Shown here: positions 13,384 through 26,532 of the stretch, in pieces | Layout of the letters: each line of letters starts with the position of its first letter | Numbering within the stretch: position 1 is the stretch's first letter | Assembly: GCF_006345805.1 (NCBI RefSeq) | Contig: NC_043014.1 | Location: 48,732,001 to 48,796,000, forward strand | Direction: 5' to 3' | DNA: 64,000 nt | DNA from: Octopus sinensis | Lineage: Eukaryota | Position numbers and translations under genes: made by a program | Notes under the pieces: model-generated | What the model saw: the letters and a program-made list of their open reading frames with translations, nothing else | What the model was told of the DNA's origin: nothing | Databases searched by the model: none

Positions 13384-14129
13384 TTATTATAACAGCTCCC
13401 CATGTGATCTCTCAAGTCACTCATAATTATGCAATAGGTGCATGTGTGGCTGTATGGTAAAAAGTTTGCTGCTTCCTAACCACATGGTTTTGGGTTCAGT
13501 CCCACTGCATGGCACCCTAAGCAAAGCTTTTTTAGTGGTTTTGGTAGATGGAAACTGAAAGAAGCCCACCATATGTGTATGTAGTTTTGCTTTGAATTCA
13601 AGTGATAGATGAATATGAATGTCACCATTGTTACCAATCTTCCATCAAAACATGTCTGGTCATGGAGGAATATTACCTTATATAGAAACAAGTGCGGGTT
13701 GGCAACGAGAAGGGCATCCAGCTGTAGAAAATTTACCTCAGCAAACTCCATCTGAGCATGGGAAAGTGGACATTAAACAATGATGATGTTGATGAATCGA
13801 CCTCAGAACATCAAATGCTTCCTTTAAAGTCAATTTAGATCAGAACAGCAAACAGATTTAACAGTAAACTCCATTTGTTAAACATGGCAACTAAAGAGGC
13901 CTAATCCTGATTTCCCTTTTGTGAACAAGTCAATAGTATAAACCACTTAGAAAGTAAAGTCAAAACAGCTCTGACGCCTGCAGTTGCTGAGCTGTAAACC
14001 GAGATTGAGTGCTGTTTACAAAGTGGTTGTCATTTGAATTTCTATTGGTGGGTGTCCGGTAACAAACTAAACTGTTGCTAAGCTACAAAACAATGTGACG
14101 ACATGTATATCTCTCTCCCCATATATGTA

Positions 14130-14600
14130 TCTATCTATCTATGTATAAAAACACACACACACACACAAATATATATATATACATACATACACACACATAA
14201 ATATATATATATATACATACACACACACACACACACACAAATATATATATACATACACACACACACACAAATATATATATACATACACACACACACAAAT
14301 ATATATATACATACACACACACACAAATATTATATACATACACACACACAAATATATATTTATATACATACACACACACAAATATATATATACACACACA
14401 CACACACACATAAATATATACATACACACATAAATATATATATATATATTTCTTTACTACCTATAAGGGGCTAAACACAGAGAGGACAAACAAGGACAGA
14501 CAAAGATTATTATATATATATATACACACAAATATTCACATACAAAAAGACACATACATAAATACACACACAATATATATTATATACATACATACATATA
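14130..14600. repeat. Compound (CA)/(TA) microsatellite
   Basis: Low-complexity sequence; produces spurious HT/CV/YI ORFs. Confidence 0.95.
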
Positions 14601-15973
14601 TACAACCATATCAGTAGGAAACTATACTTTCCAAACAGATTAGAACAAAATTAGAATGAAAAAAAAAAAGAAAAGGAAAAGGAAAAATAGTAATTCAAGT
14701 GCGTGCAGCTTGTGTATGAGAGATAACGGTGTTTGCTTAGCATGGGTCGAGTATCCCACGGCTATAACTCCATGTTTAATAGATGAACTATTTCAAGTGT
14801 TAACAATTTTGGTATTTAATTGAGGAAGGACAGCTTGTCACAATGTCATTGAAAACTCCTTCTGGTGTTACCTTTCATCCTTTAGGGATTGATATAAAAT
14901 AGGCACTGGGGTTAACGCAATCGACTAGCACTCCCTTTGCCAAATTTCGGGCCTTGTGAATAGACTCTCTTTACTTGTTTCAGTCATTTGACTGTGGCCG
15001 TGCTGGAGCACCGCCTTTAGTTGAGCAAATTGACTCCAGGACATATTCTTTGTAAGCCTAGTACTGAGGAATTACAACCGTGTTTCGTGGTCTGCTACCA
15101 CAACAGCTCCTTTATAGGATCCAGTTAGCTCAAGATATCATCAGGAGGAACCACGTCCGGTTTCGGCCCCTACTCCTCTACCGTGTTGACGTGGCGGGGC
15201 CCTTCTTTTTGGAGGTGTCTTCAGCTCTGGTGTTGGGTGCATGTCTTCTTTCTTCTGTTCCCTGGCCTCTTCAATGTATCTATCGGTCTCTTTTGTCGAA
15301 CCGCTAAGTTACGGGGGATGTAAACACACCAGCATCAGTTGTCAAGCGATGTTGGGGGGGACAAACACAGACACACACACATATAAATATATATGACGGG
15401 CTTCTTTCAGTTTCCGTCTACCAAATCCACTCACAAGGCTTTGGTTGGCCCGAGGCTTTAGTTGAAGACATTTGCCCAAAATGCCACGCAGTGGGACTGA
15501 ACCCGGAACCATGTGGTTGGTTAGGAAGCTACTTACCACACAGCCACTCCTGTGCCTGACCATAATAATAATGATAAAAATGGTTCCAAATTTTGCCACA
15601 AGGGCAGCAGTTTTGGGGAAGAGGATAAGTCAATTACATCAACCCCCCCCCCTCCAATGTTTCATTGCTACTTAATTTATTGACTCTGAAAGGTGAAGCT
15701 GGCCTTAGCAGAATTTGAACTCAGAACATAAAGACGGACGAAATGCAGCTAAGTATTTTGCTTGGTGTACTAACGACCCTGCCAGCTTGCCACCTTAATA
15801 ATAATCCTTTCTACTATGGGCATAAGGCCTGAAATTCGGGAGGCCAAGAGGTAGTTGATTACATCGCCCCCCCCTCCACCCAGAGGGAAAGTTAAAATCC
15901 CACTGATAGAAGTGAGAGGTCAACTTCCCCTTTCACCACCCACCAAGGGACCAACATAAAAAGCACTAGGTAT

Positions 15974-16680
15974 AATAACAATAATAATAAAAACATTGTG
16001 TACAGTGCTCAGGTGCACTACAACTCATCTAAAGTGTATGTATAATCAGGTGTAGTTTCGGCGGATTTCGGAAAGCATGAGGGCCTTAAAGGATGCAGTG
16101 TCATGGCAGTCAACAACTGACGCAGGCAGTTTGTTCCATGCTTCAACAACTCTGAGCGTGAAAAAATGTTTCCGAAAGTCATGGGAGCTGTGTTGTTTTC
16201 TGACTTTGTAGGCATGTCCACGTGTGTTGGACACATGTAGATCAAAAAGGTGTTCAGTGTTGTTGTTGGTGAGGTGGTTGATAACTTTGTGGGTGTTTAC
16301 CAAGTCCATCGCCAGACGCCGGAGCTTCAGTGAATCCATGCCCAGGGAAACAAGGCGCTCAGAGTATGGTAGGTGTCTGATGGAGGGTATGCATTTGGTT
16401 GGACGTCTCTGAACAGATTCCAGGAGGTCAATGTTCTGAGCAAGATAGGGGTTCCAAACTGATGATGCGAATTCCAAGTGTGGTCGTACCATAGCTGTAT
16501 AGTTTTAAATAGATGGCTGGAGAGCGGCTAACAAAAGTCTTGCTGAGTGATGCCAAGACACCCTCGGCCTTCTTGACAATTCTAGAGATATGCTTTGTCC
16601 AACGCAAATCACTGCTGACAGTGATGCCTAGGTCACGCTCGCAAGAGGATTTCTTGATATCAGTGTTGTGGAGAGAGTGC
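15974..16680 (-). mobile_element. CR1-clade LINE, 5'-truncated (RT C-terminal region)
   Basis: ERDLGITVSSDL, then after a frameshift VRPHLEFASSVWNPY...NTRGHAYK...RVVEAWNKLP; empty paralogous site at 50479/50480. Confidence 0.9.
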
Positions 16681-18819
16681 AATGCATCTATATACTTTGA
16701 AGCATTCAGCATACATCCTTTGTCCACCTATTTGTTTTATAAGCATTTTAGGAAGTTCCTATCCCCTATGAATCAATGTACTTACAGGGTGTTGAGCTGT
16801 TTAGATCAGTGGTTCTCAAGCATTTTTCACTTATGAACCCCTCTGATCCCTATTTTACTTGGGTGGACCCTTATAAGCAGTTGATGTTTAAAAATTCCTA
16901 TTACATCTTTATAATTAAATATTACTTTCAAATTTTGGTACAAGGCCAGCAATTTTGTGGGCGGGAATAAGTTGATTGCATTGACCCCCAATGTTCAACT
17001 GGGACTTATTTTATTGACCCTGAAAGGATGAAAGGCAAAGTTGACTTTGGACTCAGAATGTAAGATCAGATGAAATGCTTTTAAGCATTTTTCCTGGCAT
17101 GCTAACAATTCTGCCAGCTCGCCGCCTTAATAATAAGGGTTTCAAGTTTTGCCACAAGGGCAGCCATTTTGGAGGAGGGGATGAAATGATTACATTGACC
17201 CCCAACTGTTCAAATGGTACTTAATTTATTGACCTGAAAGATGAAAGGGTAAGTTGACCTTGGCAGAATTTGAACTCAGAATGTAGCAACAGCCGAAATA
17301 CCTATTTCTTTACTACCCACAAGGGGCTAAACACTGAAAGGACAAAGAAGGACAGACAGATGGATTAAGTCGATTATAACGACCCCAGTGTGTAACTGGT
17401 ACTTATTTAATCGACCTTTTGTTTTTAATGGCAATTTTTTAATGACATTCTCTACAAATACCTACATCTTTACTACCAACAAGGGGCTAAACACAGAAAG
17501 GACAAACAAACGGATTAAGTCGATTATATCGACCCCAGTGCGTAACTGGTACTTAATTTATCAACTCCAAAAGGATGAAAAGCAAAGTCAACCTCAGCGG
17601 AATTTGAACTCAGAACATAATGGCAGACGAAATATTATTTCTTTACTGCACACAAGGGGCTACACACGGAGGGGACAAACAAGGTAAGACAAACAGATTT
17701 TGTCAAGAAGCAAGTTTCTTGACAACATAGCCACGCCTGCACACACACACACGTGTGCATGTGTGTGTGTAAATGTATATATATATGTAAACACCAGTAT
17801 TGAGTTATTTCCCTTCATCTTCTTGGGCTGACTGAGCTGCGGTTGCAATTGCATAGAAGAAAATGTTGATATTGCCTTACAATACTCCTAGATTGAGTGG
17901 AGACTTTGGTAATGTGGAATGAATTGTTATGGAACCAGCAGATAATGGATCATCATCATCAGCAGCAAGAGAGTATAACAGTGGTACCCCCACAAATTGG
18001 GAAATATATCTGAGAAGTCTCCAGTATTGCTTGTGATCAATACAGGCACAACACTAACTCTCCAGACACTGATGGTCCAGAACTTCGTATAATTCATACT
18101 AATTTACAAGCAGGCACTTCAAATTCTCATGGCCACCAGACTGGTTTACTGGTCAACCCAGTTCCAGAATACCTTGCACAGTACAGTATTAGTAAACTTA
18201 TATTATCATCATTTAACGTCCGTTGTCCATATATATTTATCTATCTATCTATATCTATATATATATATATATATATCTAGCCGTAGAAACACTGCCAGAT
18301 CTGACTGGGCCTGATGAAGCCTTGCGGCTTCCCAGACCCCAGTTGAACCGTCCAACCCATGCTAGCATGGAAAACGGACGCTAAATGATGATGATGATGA
18401 TGATATAACTATATATATGGGGAGAGTTCACAAAAAAACCCCAAAAGACGAAGACAGCTGGCGTACAAAACAAACATTTGTACAGCACATACATCTGATC
18501 ACTGTAAACACTCATTTGTGCAGGTCATTCAGCAAAAACTGAACATTCATACATCTTTGATGGAGGAGTCCATCATATATATATATATATATGTTTTATT
18601 TATTATTTTGCACATTACTTAATCATTGCTATATGTTTTATCTTATATTTGAATTTCCTATATTTAATTTTTCTAAATGGTATAATTTAATTTTTCATTA
18701 ATGAATTGATAAAAGGTGGGGTTTTTTCTAATTTATATGTATATATTATATTTTGTGAAATTTGATTTAGTATTTCTAAATTGAATTTTTCTATGTAAGT
18801 TTGGAATAATATTCCCTAT

Positions 18820-18856
<37 letters not shown>

Positions 18857-18989
18857 TGTATGTATGGATATAGGTGCATGCAGGTACACACATCTATATA
18901 TGTATGCATATACATATACACACATGTATATAAATGTTACAAAAAGAACAAACACTTACTGACGAAGTGACTTTACAGAGAGAGCAGAG

Positions 18990-19063
18990 TCAGCTTGATC
19001 TTCACTATATATATATATATATATTATATATATATACATACACACACACACATATATATATAT

Positions 19064-19106
<43 letters not shown>

Positions 19107-19300
19107 TATATATATACACACACACACACATATATATACACACACACATATATATATACACACACATATATATATATATGCACATCTCTGTATATGCATA
19201 TCGCGTGCGTCCATCTGTATATCAATGCATATATATATATATATGCATATATGCACATCTCTGTATATGCATATATATATATATATATATGTGCATTGAT
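18990..19300. repeat. Compound (TA)/(CA) microsatellite
   Basis: Low-complexity sequence. Confidence 0.95.
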
Positions 19301-19614
19301 ATAATTAATACATATAATTAAAAGAGTGTGGTTGTTTGCTGGTCCTCAGTTATGTCCCTTGATGTGAAATCTCTAATGCAGCCACTTCAAAAACTACACA
19401 TTTCATAAAAGAAACACTGAAAGTGATTACATAGAAGCAGGTGTGGCTGTGTGGGAAGAAGCTTGCTTCCCAACTATATGGTTCTGAGTTCAGTCCCACA
19501 ATGTGGCACCTTGAGCAAGTGACTTCTATTACAATTTCAGGCCGATTAAAACCTTAGGAATGGATTTGGTAGATGGAAACTGAAAGAAATCCAGTGTTTG
19601 TGTGTGTGCGTGTG

Positions 19615-19663
<49 letters not shown>

Positions 19664-19664
<1 letters not shown>

Positions 19665-19951
19665 GAGGCGCAATGGCCTAGTGGTCAGGGCAGCGGACTC
19701 GCGGCTTCGATTCCCAGACTGGGTGTTGTGAGTGTTTATTGAGCGAAAACACCTAAAGCTCCACGAGGCTCCGACAGGGAGTGGTGGCGATCCCTGCTGT
19801 ACTCTTTCGCCACAACTTTCTCTCACTCTTTCTTCTGTTGGCCTGCTTGCTTAGCCAGCGGGGTGGCATTATTTGAAGGCTAAAACAATGCGAAGCGCAT
19901 CGTGACCAGCGATGTGTAGCAACATCTGATGGCCTGGTCGGTCACGGTGAT
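19664..19951 (+). mobile_element. tRNA-derived SINE family C (representative)
   Basis: Head ggaggcgcaatggcctagtggtcagggcagcggactcg...ttcgattccc; second copy at 40541-40851; related subfamily with a different 3' half at 30183-30474(-), 41958-42256(-), 57452-57755(-). Confidence 0.8.
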
Positions 19952-20267
19952 ATTTATATATGTTCTAGGTAAAAGCAATAAAGATCTAACTTATAGTGAT
20001 ACTAGTTGTTTATCCACAGGTTGGCCCCCATCCAGAAGACCTATGACCAAGGGATTTTAATTGTATCATCGTAAACACTGTATATCATATATTTGTGTGT
20101 GTGTATATATAGATAGATAGATACATAGATTAGTAGAGTTTTAATCCATCCCAAGGTTTCTCTGCAGATATCTATATCTCAGAATTAGAAAGGCATTTCC
20201 AGGGTCTGAACCTAATGTAGTAAATTATCTCCCCCTTTCTTCTGTTCCCCACCACACATACACCTTT

Positions 20268-20690
20268 AATAATGAAATTATTGCGTATAGTGTTCAGGTG
20301 CACTACAACTCATCAAAGGAGCATGTACAGTACATAGAATTATGTACCAAAGCCAGGGAAGTGAACAGTGTATGAGTCATGATATACATGTGTGCATGCG
20401 TATGGAGGAAGGAACATCGGGTGTAGTGTTGGCAAATTTCACGAAGCATGGAGGTTTTGAAGGATGCAACGTCTCGGCAGCTAACAACTGATGCAGGTAG
20501 TTTGTTCCATGCTTCAGCAACTCTGAGTGTGAAAAAATGTTTCCAAAAGTCATGGGGGGGTTGTGCTGTTTTCTGACTTTGTAGGCATACACACATGTAT
20601 TAGACACATGGAGCTCAAAAAGCCATGATGGTTAATAATTTTGCGTGTGCGTACTAAGCCAGTTGCCGGACATTGGAGCTTCAGAATAAT
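20268..20690 (-). mobile_element. CR1 LINE 3' fragment, degenerate
   Basis: HDFWKHFFTLRVAEAWNKLPASVV plus 3'UTR. Confidence 0.8.
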
Positions 20691-21669
20691 TTAATATTCT
20701 AGAATGTTTGTGTATGCATGCACACACCCAATAATGTTCAGCAGATCTGAGGTTTTGAATGATTATAAAGAAATGATATTGTGTGAGATTCTAACATTTT
20801 TAAAGAATGTGCCGGTGGCACGTAAAAAGCACCAGCCGATCATGGCCATTGCCAGCCTCCACTGGCACCTGTGCTGGTGGCACGTAAAAAGCACCCACTA
20901 CACTCACGGAGTGGTTGGCATTAGGAAGGGCATCCAGCTGTAGAAACATTGCCAGATCAGACTGGAGCCTGGTGCAGCCTCCTGGCTTCCCAGACCCCGG
21001 TCGAACTGTCCAACCTATGCTGGCATGGAAAACGGACGTAATCGACTTAATCCATGTGTCTGTCCTTGTTTGTCCCCTCTGTGTTTAGCCCCTTGTGGAT
21101 AGTAAAGAAATAGGTATTGTTGAAGGCGGCGAGCTAGCAGAAACGTTAGCATGCCGGGCGAAATGCTTTGCGGTATTTTGTCTGCCGCTATGTTCTGAGT
21201 TCAAATTCCACCGAGGTCGACTTTGCCTTTCATCCTTTCGGGGTCGACTAAATAAGTACCAGTTACGCTCTGGGGTCGCTTTAATCGACTTAATCTGTTT
21301 GTCCTCTCTGAGTTTATGATGATGATATTTGTAACGGAATTAGCTGACAAGACAATGACTAACCATAATTAGTTCCCATAAATAAGAAAACAAATCGTGC
21401 CTGTGTTTGTGTTTGTCATTTATCTTGATAAAACAAAAACTAGTTTCATAAATTTATCTAGAACCTTTTATCTTCAGTTGTTACTATCCAGAAAATGGTT
21501 TATATTATCAATTAGGCACATAAATCATAAATATCTGAATGTCCAAGATAACTTGCGAATAATGAGATGACCTCGCGTGTCAGTGATTCTCGTCTTAGTT
21601 TTGAAATATAAGAACCTAGTTCAAATCCAGTCTAGTACTAATACGACGTCAGAAATAAGACTTCTAATG

Positions 21670-22222
21670 AGGAAAGCTGATATTAATCGTCTGGAAGCCG
21701 TTCAGCGATGTGCAACCAAGAGAATACCCTCCATCAGGCATTTGCCATATTCTGAACGCCTTACTTCCCTGGGCTTGGATACATTGAAACTCCGACGTCT
21801 AGCAGCTGACTTGGCAGACACCCATAAAATTATTAACCATCTTACAAACAATAACTCTGAGTACCTTTTCAAACTCCACCTGTCTAACACCCGTGGACAT
21901 ATTTACAAAGTCAGAAAACAGCACAGCTCCCATGACTTTCAAAAACACTTTTTCATGCTAAGAGTTGCTGAAGCATGGAACAAACTGCTGGCATCAGTTG
22001 TTAGTTGTCGGAGCACTGCATCCTTCAAAACTTCCATGCTTCCTGAGATATGCCAACACTACACCTGATTTTCTCCCCTCCATACACACGCAAGCATGTA
22101 TCTGACTCATACACTGTTCGCTTTCCAGACATTTGTACATTACTGCATATACTCTATACGCACTTTCTGACAAGTTGTGGTGCACCTGAGCACTGTATAC
22201 AATAATTTCATTATTATTATTT
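21670..22222 (+). mobile_element. CR1 LINE 3' fragment
   Basis: INRLEAVQRCATKRIPSIRHLPYSERL...TRGHIYK...WNKL; 3'UTR and (ATT)n tail. Confidence 0.88.
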
Positions 22223-23234
22223 TAAATAGATTAAAATACAATGGCTGTGTGGTAAGAAGTTTGCTTCCCAACTACATGGTTTTGGGTTCAGTTCCACTGC
22301 ATGGCACTTTCAGCAAGTGTCTTCTACTGTGGAATTGGGCCAACCAAAGCCTGTTGTATATGTGATTGCATGCATGCATGTGTGTGCATTATTGTTTCCT
22401 TGCCTTGACATTGCGTCACAGTTACCATGATGCAAGCAGTGTCATATTTTCCAATCTTCCATGAAAACATGTCTGGTCGTGGAGAAATATTACCTATTTC
22501 TTTACTACCCACAAGGGGTTAAACACAGAGGGGACGAACAAGGAGAGACAAACGGATTAAGTCAATTATATCGACCCCAGTGTGTAACTGGTACTTTATT
22601 TATCGACCCCCGAAAGGATGAAAGGCAAAGTCGACCTTGGCGGAATTTGAACTCAGAACGTAGCGGCAGACGAAATACCGCTAAGCATTTCGCCCAGCAT
22701 GCTAACGTGTCTGCCAACTCACCGCCATTTCATGGAGAAATAATACCTTACTTGGAATCAAATGAGGGTTGGCATCAGGAAGAACATCCGGCTGTGGAAA
22801 GTCTGTTTCAACAAATTTCATCCAACTCATGCAAGCATGGAAAAGTGGACGTTAAAATGACGATGTACATGCAAATATCAAACAACAACAACAACAACAG
22901 AATAATCATTCTTAAAGACAATTTTAATTATTGGAAAAAAACAAAATTATCATCTTATATATCATAACCAACTGTTGGATAACAGTTGTTCAAATTTCAA
23001 AAGCAGTGCTCGAAAAAGTGGCATAATATCCTGTGGTCAATGGAATGGGGGGAGGGAGGTATTTGTCTCCCTGTATTTTTAAGGTTAATATACTTCCTTA
23101 TATATTTGTGAGGTAAACAATAGTCTTCCTATGTTCTTAAGATAAAGCAAATGTTTACCTTAAAAACTATATGGAAACATGTTCAAGTTAAATCAGCATA
23201 GAAAGTGGCTGTAAAATGTTGATGATATGCATGG

Positions 23235-23247
23235 GAGAGGGAGAGGG

Positions 23248-23281
<34 letters not shown>

Positions 23282-23490
23282 GACAAAGAGAGAAAGGGGA
23301 GAGAAAGGGGAGAGAAAGAGAAAGGGAGAGAGAGAAAAAGGGAGAGAGAGAGAGAAAGGGAGAGAGGGAGAGAAAGGGAGAGAGGGAGAGAAAGGGAGAG
23401 AGGGAGAAAGGGAGAGAGAGAGGGAGAAAGGGAGAGAGAGAGGGAGAAAGGGGGAGAGAGAGAGGGAGAAAGGGGGAGAGAGAGAGGGAA
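23235..23490. repeat. GA-rich polypurine tract
   Basis: (GA)n with gggagagaaa-type subunits. Confidence 0.95.
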
Positions 23491-24376
23491 AACAAACACT
23501 GCAAGTGAGTACCCCAAGAAAATATTTTAACCCTTTGCCTTTTCTGTGTGTCGCATGTAATACACAGGGAACATTTCCCCTTATGTTGATGTATCATCTA
23601 TGGTACATATTCCCAATTGTCCTTTTTTTTTTTCAACCAGCAGATATTACTCAAAACGTATGAGAGAAGGGCAAATTAAAAGCATAAGAACAAACATGAA
23701 TGTTAAGAACAAACTTATGAAAAATGCTTTGGACAAGCAAAAGGGTCAAGATATAATTTAGTCTTTGTGTTTGTCATGTCTGCCAATCCAATAACATTAT
23801 TATGAGAGAAAGAGGAGCAGAGGTGTTTAAAACAAAACCTTTTGCTTCCCGAAAGGAAAATTGATGAACTCTGGTGTAAATAATGTCAGAGGAAATGAAA
23901 AGAAAACAATCTTCAAAATTTTGTTTAGATGTAAGAATATTTGAGTGGAATGGGTCAAAAAATTACAAGTTGAAAAATAAAATCATCACTGATTTGATGT
24001 TTTGTATTCTTAGTAAAATCATCAAGAAAATAACAAATCGGTTATGGTTGTGGTGTGAGTGTGTGTGTGTGTGGTATTTATGAACAATTAATGACAAAAG
24101 AGAACAATCAGAAATAGTAAACGATAAGATAAGAAAACTCTTGGAGTGAATGTACTGACTCACCAAGTCAATATTTTAAAGGAAAATATGAAAACAAGGA
24201 AAGAAAAATACATACAAAAACAAAAAAAAAATTATAATAATAGACAATGAGAAACAGAAAAGAAAACCCATTGTGGTTGATCTTAAATTGGTATTTGACC
24301 AATTTAAGATTGATACACAATAGTTTTCTTTATAAAATATTTTAGTAGAAAATACAAAAAAAAAATTTTTTTTTAG

Positions 24377-24650
24377 TTAGTTTAATGATGAACCTTGAAC
24401 TTCACGTGCAGCGAGTATGAGTGGTTTGAGTGAGGAGAGAGGCTTACAATTTGAGAGAAATTCATGACGGAGAAGATCCTGTGCAGATGCTTGGTTTTCA
24501 ACCTCAACTTCAAGACATTTGTAAATAAACCCTCGTAAAAGCGGGGGCAACGAATCCTCCTTTTTGATTTCAGGTTTACCACATTTACCACATTTAGCAA
24601 TCATGAAGATTGCCTTGAGAGGCCTTTCTGCGAGGTAAGGGGGTTCTCCT
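24377..24650 (-). pseudogene. Diverged duplicate of the 3' part of the PAK last exon
   Basis: Copy starts at GEPPY, carries a 9-nt tandem insertion (CGK CGK) and many nonsynonymous changes; part of tandem duplication 23993-24650 / 24651-25349. Confidence 0.9.
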
Positions 24651-25083
24651 TTGATGTTTTGTATTCTTAGTGAACCATCAAGAAAATAACAAATTGATGG
24701 TGGTGGTGGTGGTGTGTGTGGTATTTATGAAACAGTTAATTAATGACAAAAGAGAACAACCAGAAATAGTAAATGACAAGATAAGAAAAGTCTTGGAGTG
24801 AGTGTACTGACTCACCAAGTCAATATTTTAAAGGAAAATATGAGAACAAGGAGAGAAAAATACATACAAAAACCAAAATAATAATAATAATTATAATAAT
24901 AAAAGACAATGAGAAAGAGGAAAGAAAACCAATGTGTTTGATCTTAAATTGGTATTTGACCAATTTAAGATTCATACAGAATGGCTTCCTTTATAAAATA
25001 TTTTAGTAGAAAATACAAAAAAAAAATGAAAAAGGTAAAAAAAATAGTAAATAAAAAATGAAAAAAAATTGTGGAATTTTTAG

Positions 25084-25411
25084 TTAGTTTGATGATAGAC
25101 CTCGGACTTCACGTGCAGCGAGTATGAGTGGTTTGAGTGAGGAGAGAGGCTTGCAATTTGCGAGAAATTTATGACGGAGAAGATCCTGTGCAGATGCCCG
25201 GCTTTCCACCTCCACTTCAAGACATTTGTAAATAAACTCTTTTAAAAGTGGGGACAACGAATCCTCCTTTTTGATTTCAGGTTTACCATATTTAGCAATC
25301 ATGAAGATTGCTTTGAGAGGCCTTTCTGAGAGGTAAGGGGGTTCTCCTTCCAGCATTTCAATAATCATGATTCCAAGACTCCAGATATCCACTTTGTTTC
25401 CGTATGGTTTC
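25084..25411 (-). CDS. PAK: PAK terminal exon (kinase C-lobe)
   Basis: tgttttag acceptor; [26 protein letters not shown]...[20 protein letters not shown]; summed CDS is 1356 nt = 451 aa. Confidence 0.96.
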
Positions 25412-26532
25412 CTAAAACAATTACAAATAACAATAAATGAACTGAATATACATATACATATGTGTGCAGGTGTGAGAGAGAGAGAGAGATGTGTATATAA
25501 TGTGTGTATGTGTGTGTGGATGCAACAAATATTTAACAGGTCAAAGGTAACATTACAGGTGATAGATGGAAAATCTGGACAAAGGCTGAAAAGCAATGAA
25601 GTTCAAATCCTGATGGCTTCCAATCACCCAAATTATTTCTCTTCACAGGTATGGGATGCAACACAGGTGTGATATAACACAGAACAGACCCCAACAGGAA
25701 AATGTGTGAAGCATACGTGGATACGTGTCTGTATCATCATCATTCAATGTCTTCTCTCCATGCTGGCATGGATTAGACAGTTTGATTGGGGCTGAGGAGA
25801 CGGAAAGCTGCACCAGGTTCCAGTTTGATTTGTTATGGTTTCTACAACTGGATGCCCTTCCTAATGCCAACCACTCCATCTGGAAGTATGCTGTGCGTGA
25901 GAAGACCCGGCAGGACAAGTGAGACCATAACCCGTGGCCTTCTACACGAGATGTAGCCAGTCCACTTATGCATACTTTCCCTTCTTGGCACACAAAACTC
26001 TACTTGTGAAGACCTGTTGAGGCAAGTCAGAATCAGAATTGAAATCGATCAATGGAAATTGCAGCTGAAATACCAGTGCCGGTGGCACGTAAGAGAACCA
26101 TCCGAACGTGGCCGTTGCCAGCGCCGCCCCGACTGGCCTTGTGCTGGTGGCACGTAAAAAACACCATCCGTTCGTGGCCGTTGCCAGCCTCGCCTGGCCC
26201 TTGTGCCGGTGGCACATAAAAAGCACAATCCGATCATGGCCGTTTGCCAGACTCGTCTGGCACCTGTGCCGGTGGCACATAAAAAGCACCCACTACACTC
26301 ATGGAGTGGTTGGCGTTAGGAAGGGCATCCAGCCTTCTGGCTTCACAGACCCCAGTTGAATCGTCCAACCCATGCTAGCATGGAAAGCGGACGCTAAACG
26401 ATGATGATGATGATATATATATATATAATATGAGGGAATATTATTCCAAACTAACAGGGAAAAATTCAATTTAGAAATACTAAATCAAATTTCACAAAAT
26501 ATAATATATATATATAAATTAGAAAAAAACCC

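Noticed and set aside
16776-16970. Conserved 64-aa ORF duplicated at 50576-50770
   Set aside because: Conservation only reflects the recent DNA duplication; it spans a MITE-like end (cagtggttctcaa) and a SINE remnant
19664-19740. tRNA genes (also heads of SINE families A, B and C)
   Set aside because: A/B boxes continue into SINE bodies; no complete cloverleaf or acceptor stem
21330-21660. Possible solo LTR beginning tgtaacgg
   Set aside because: No partner LTR, CA end, TSD or PBS could be established
23188-23597. Glu/Arg-rich or Ser/Leu-rich ORFs
   Set aside because: GA microsatellite
24377-24650. Alternative terminal exon of PAK
   Set aside because: The available AG lacks a pyrimidine tract, joins out of frame and omits the DIWSLG helix; the substitution pattern looks neutral
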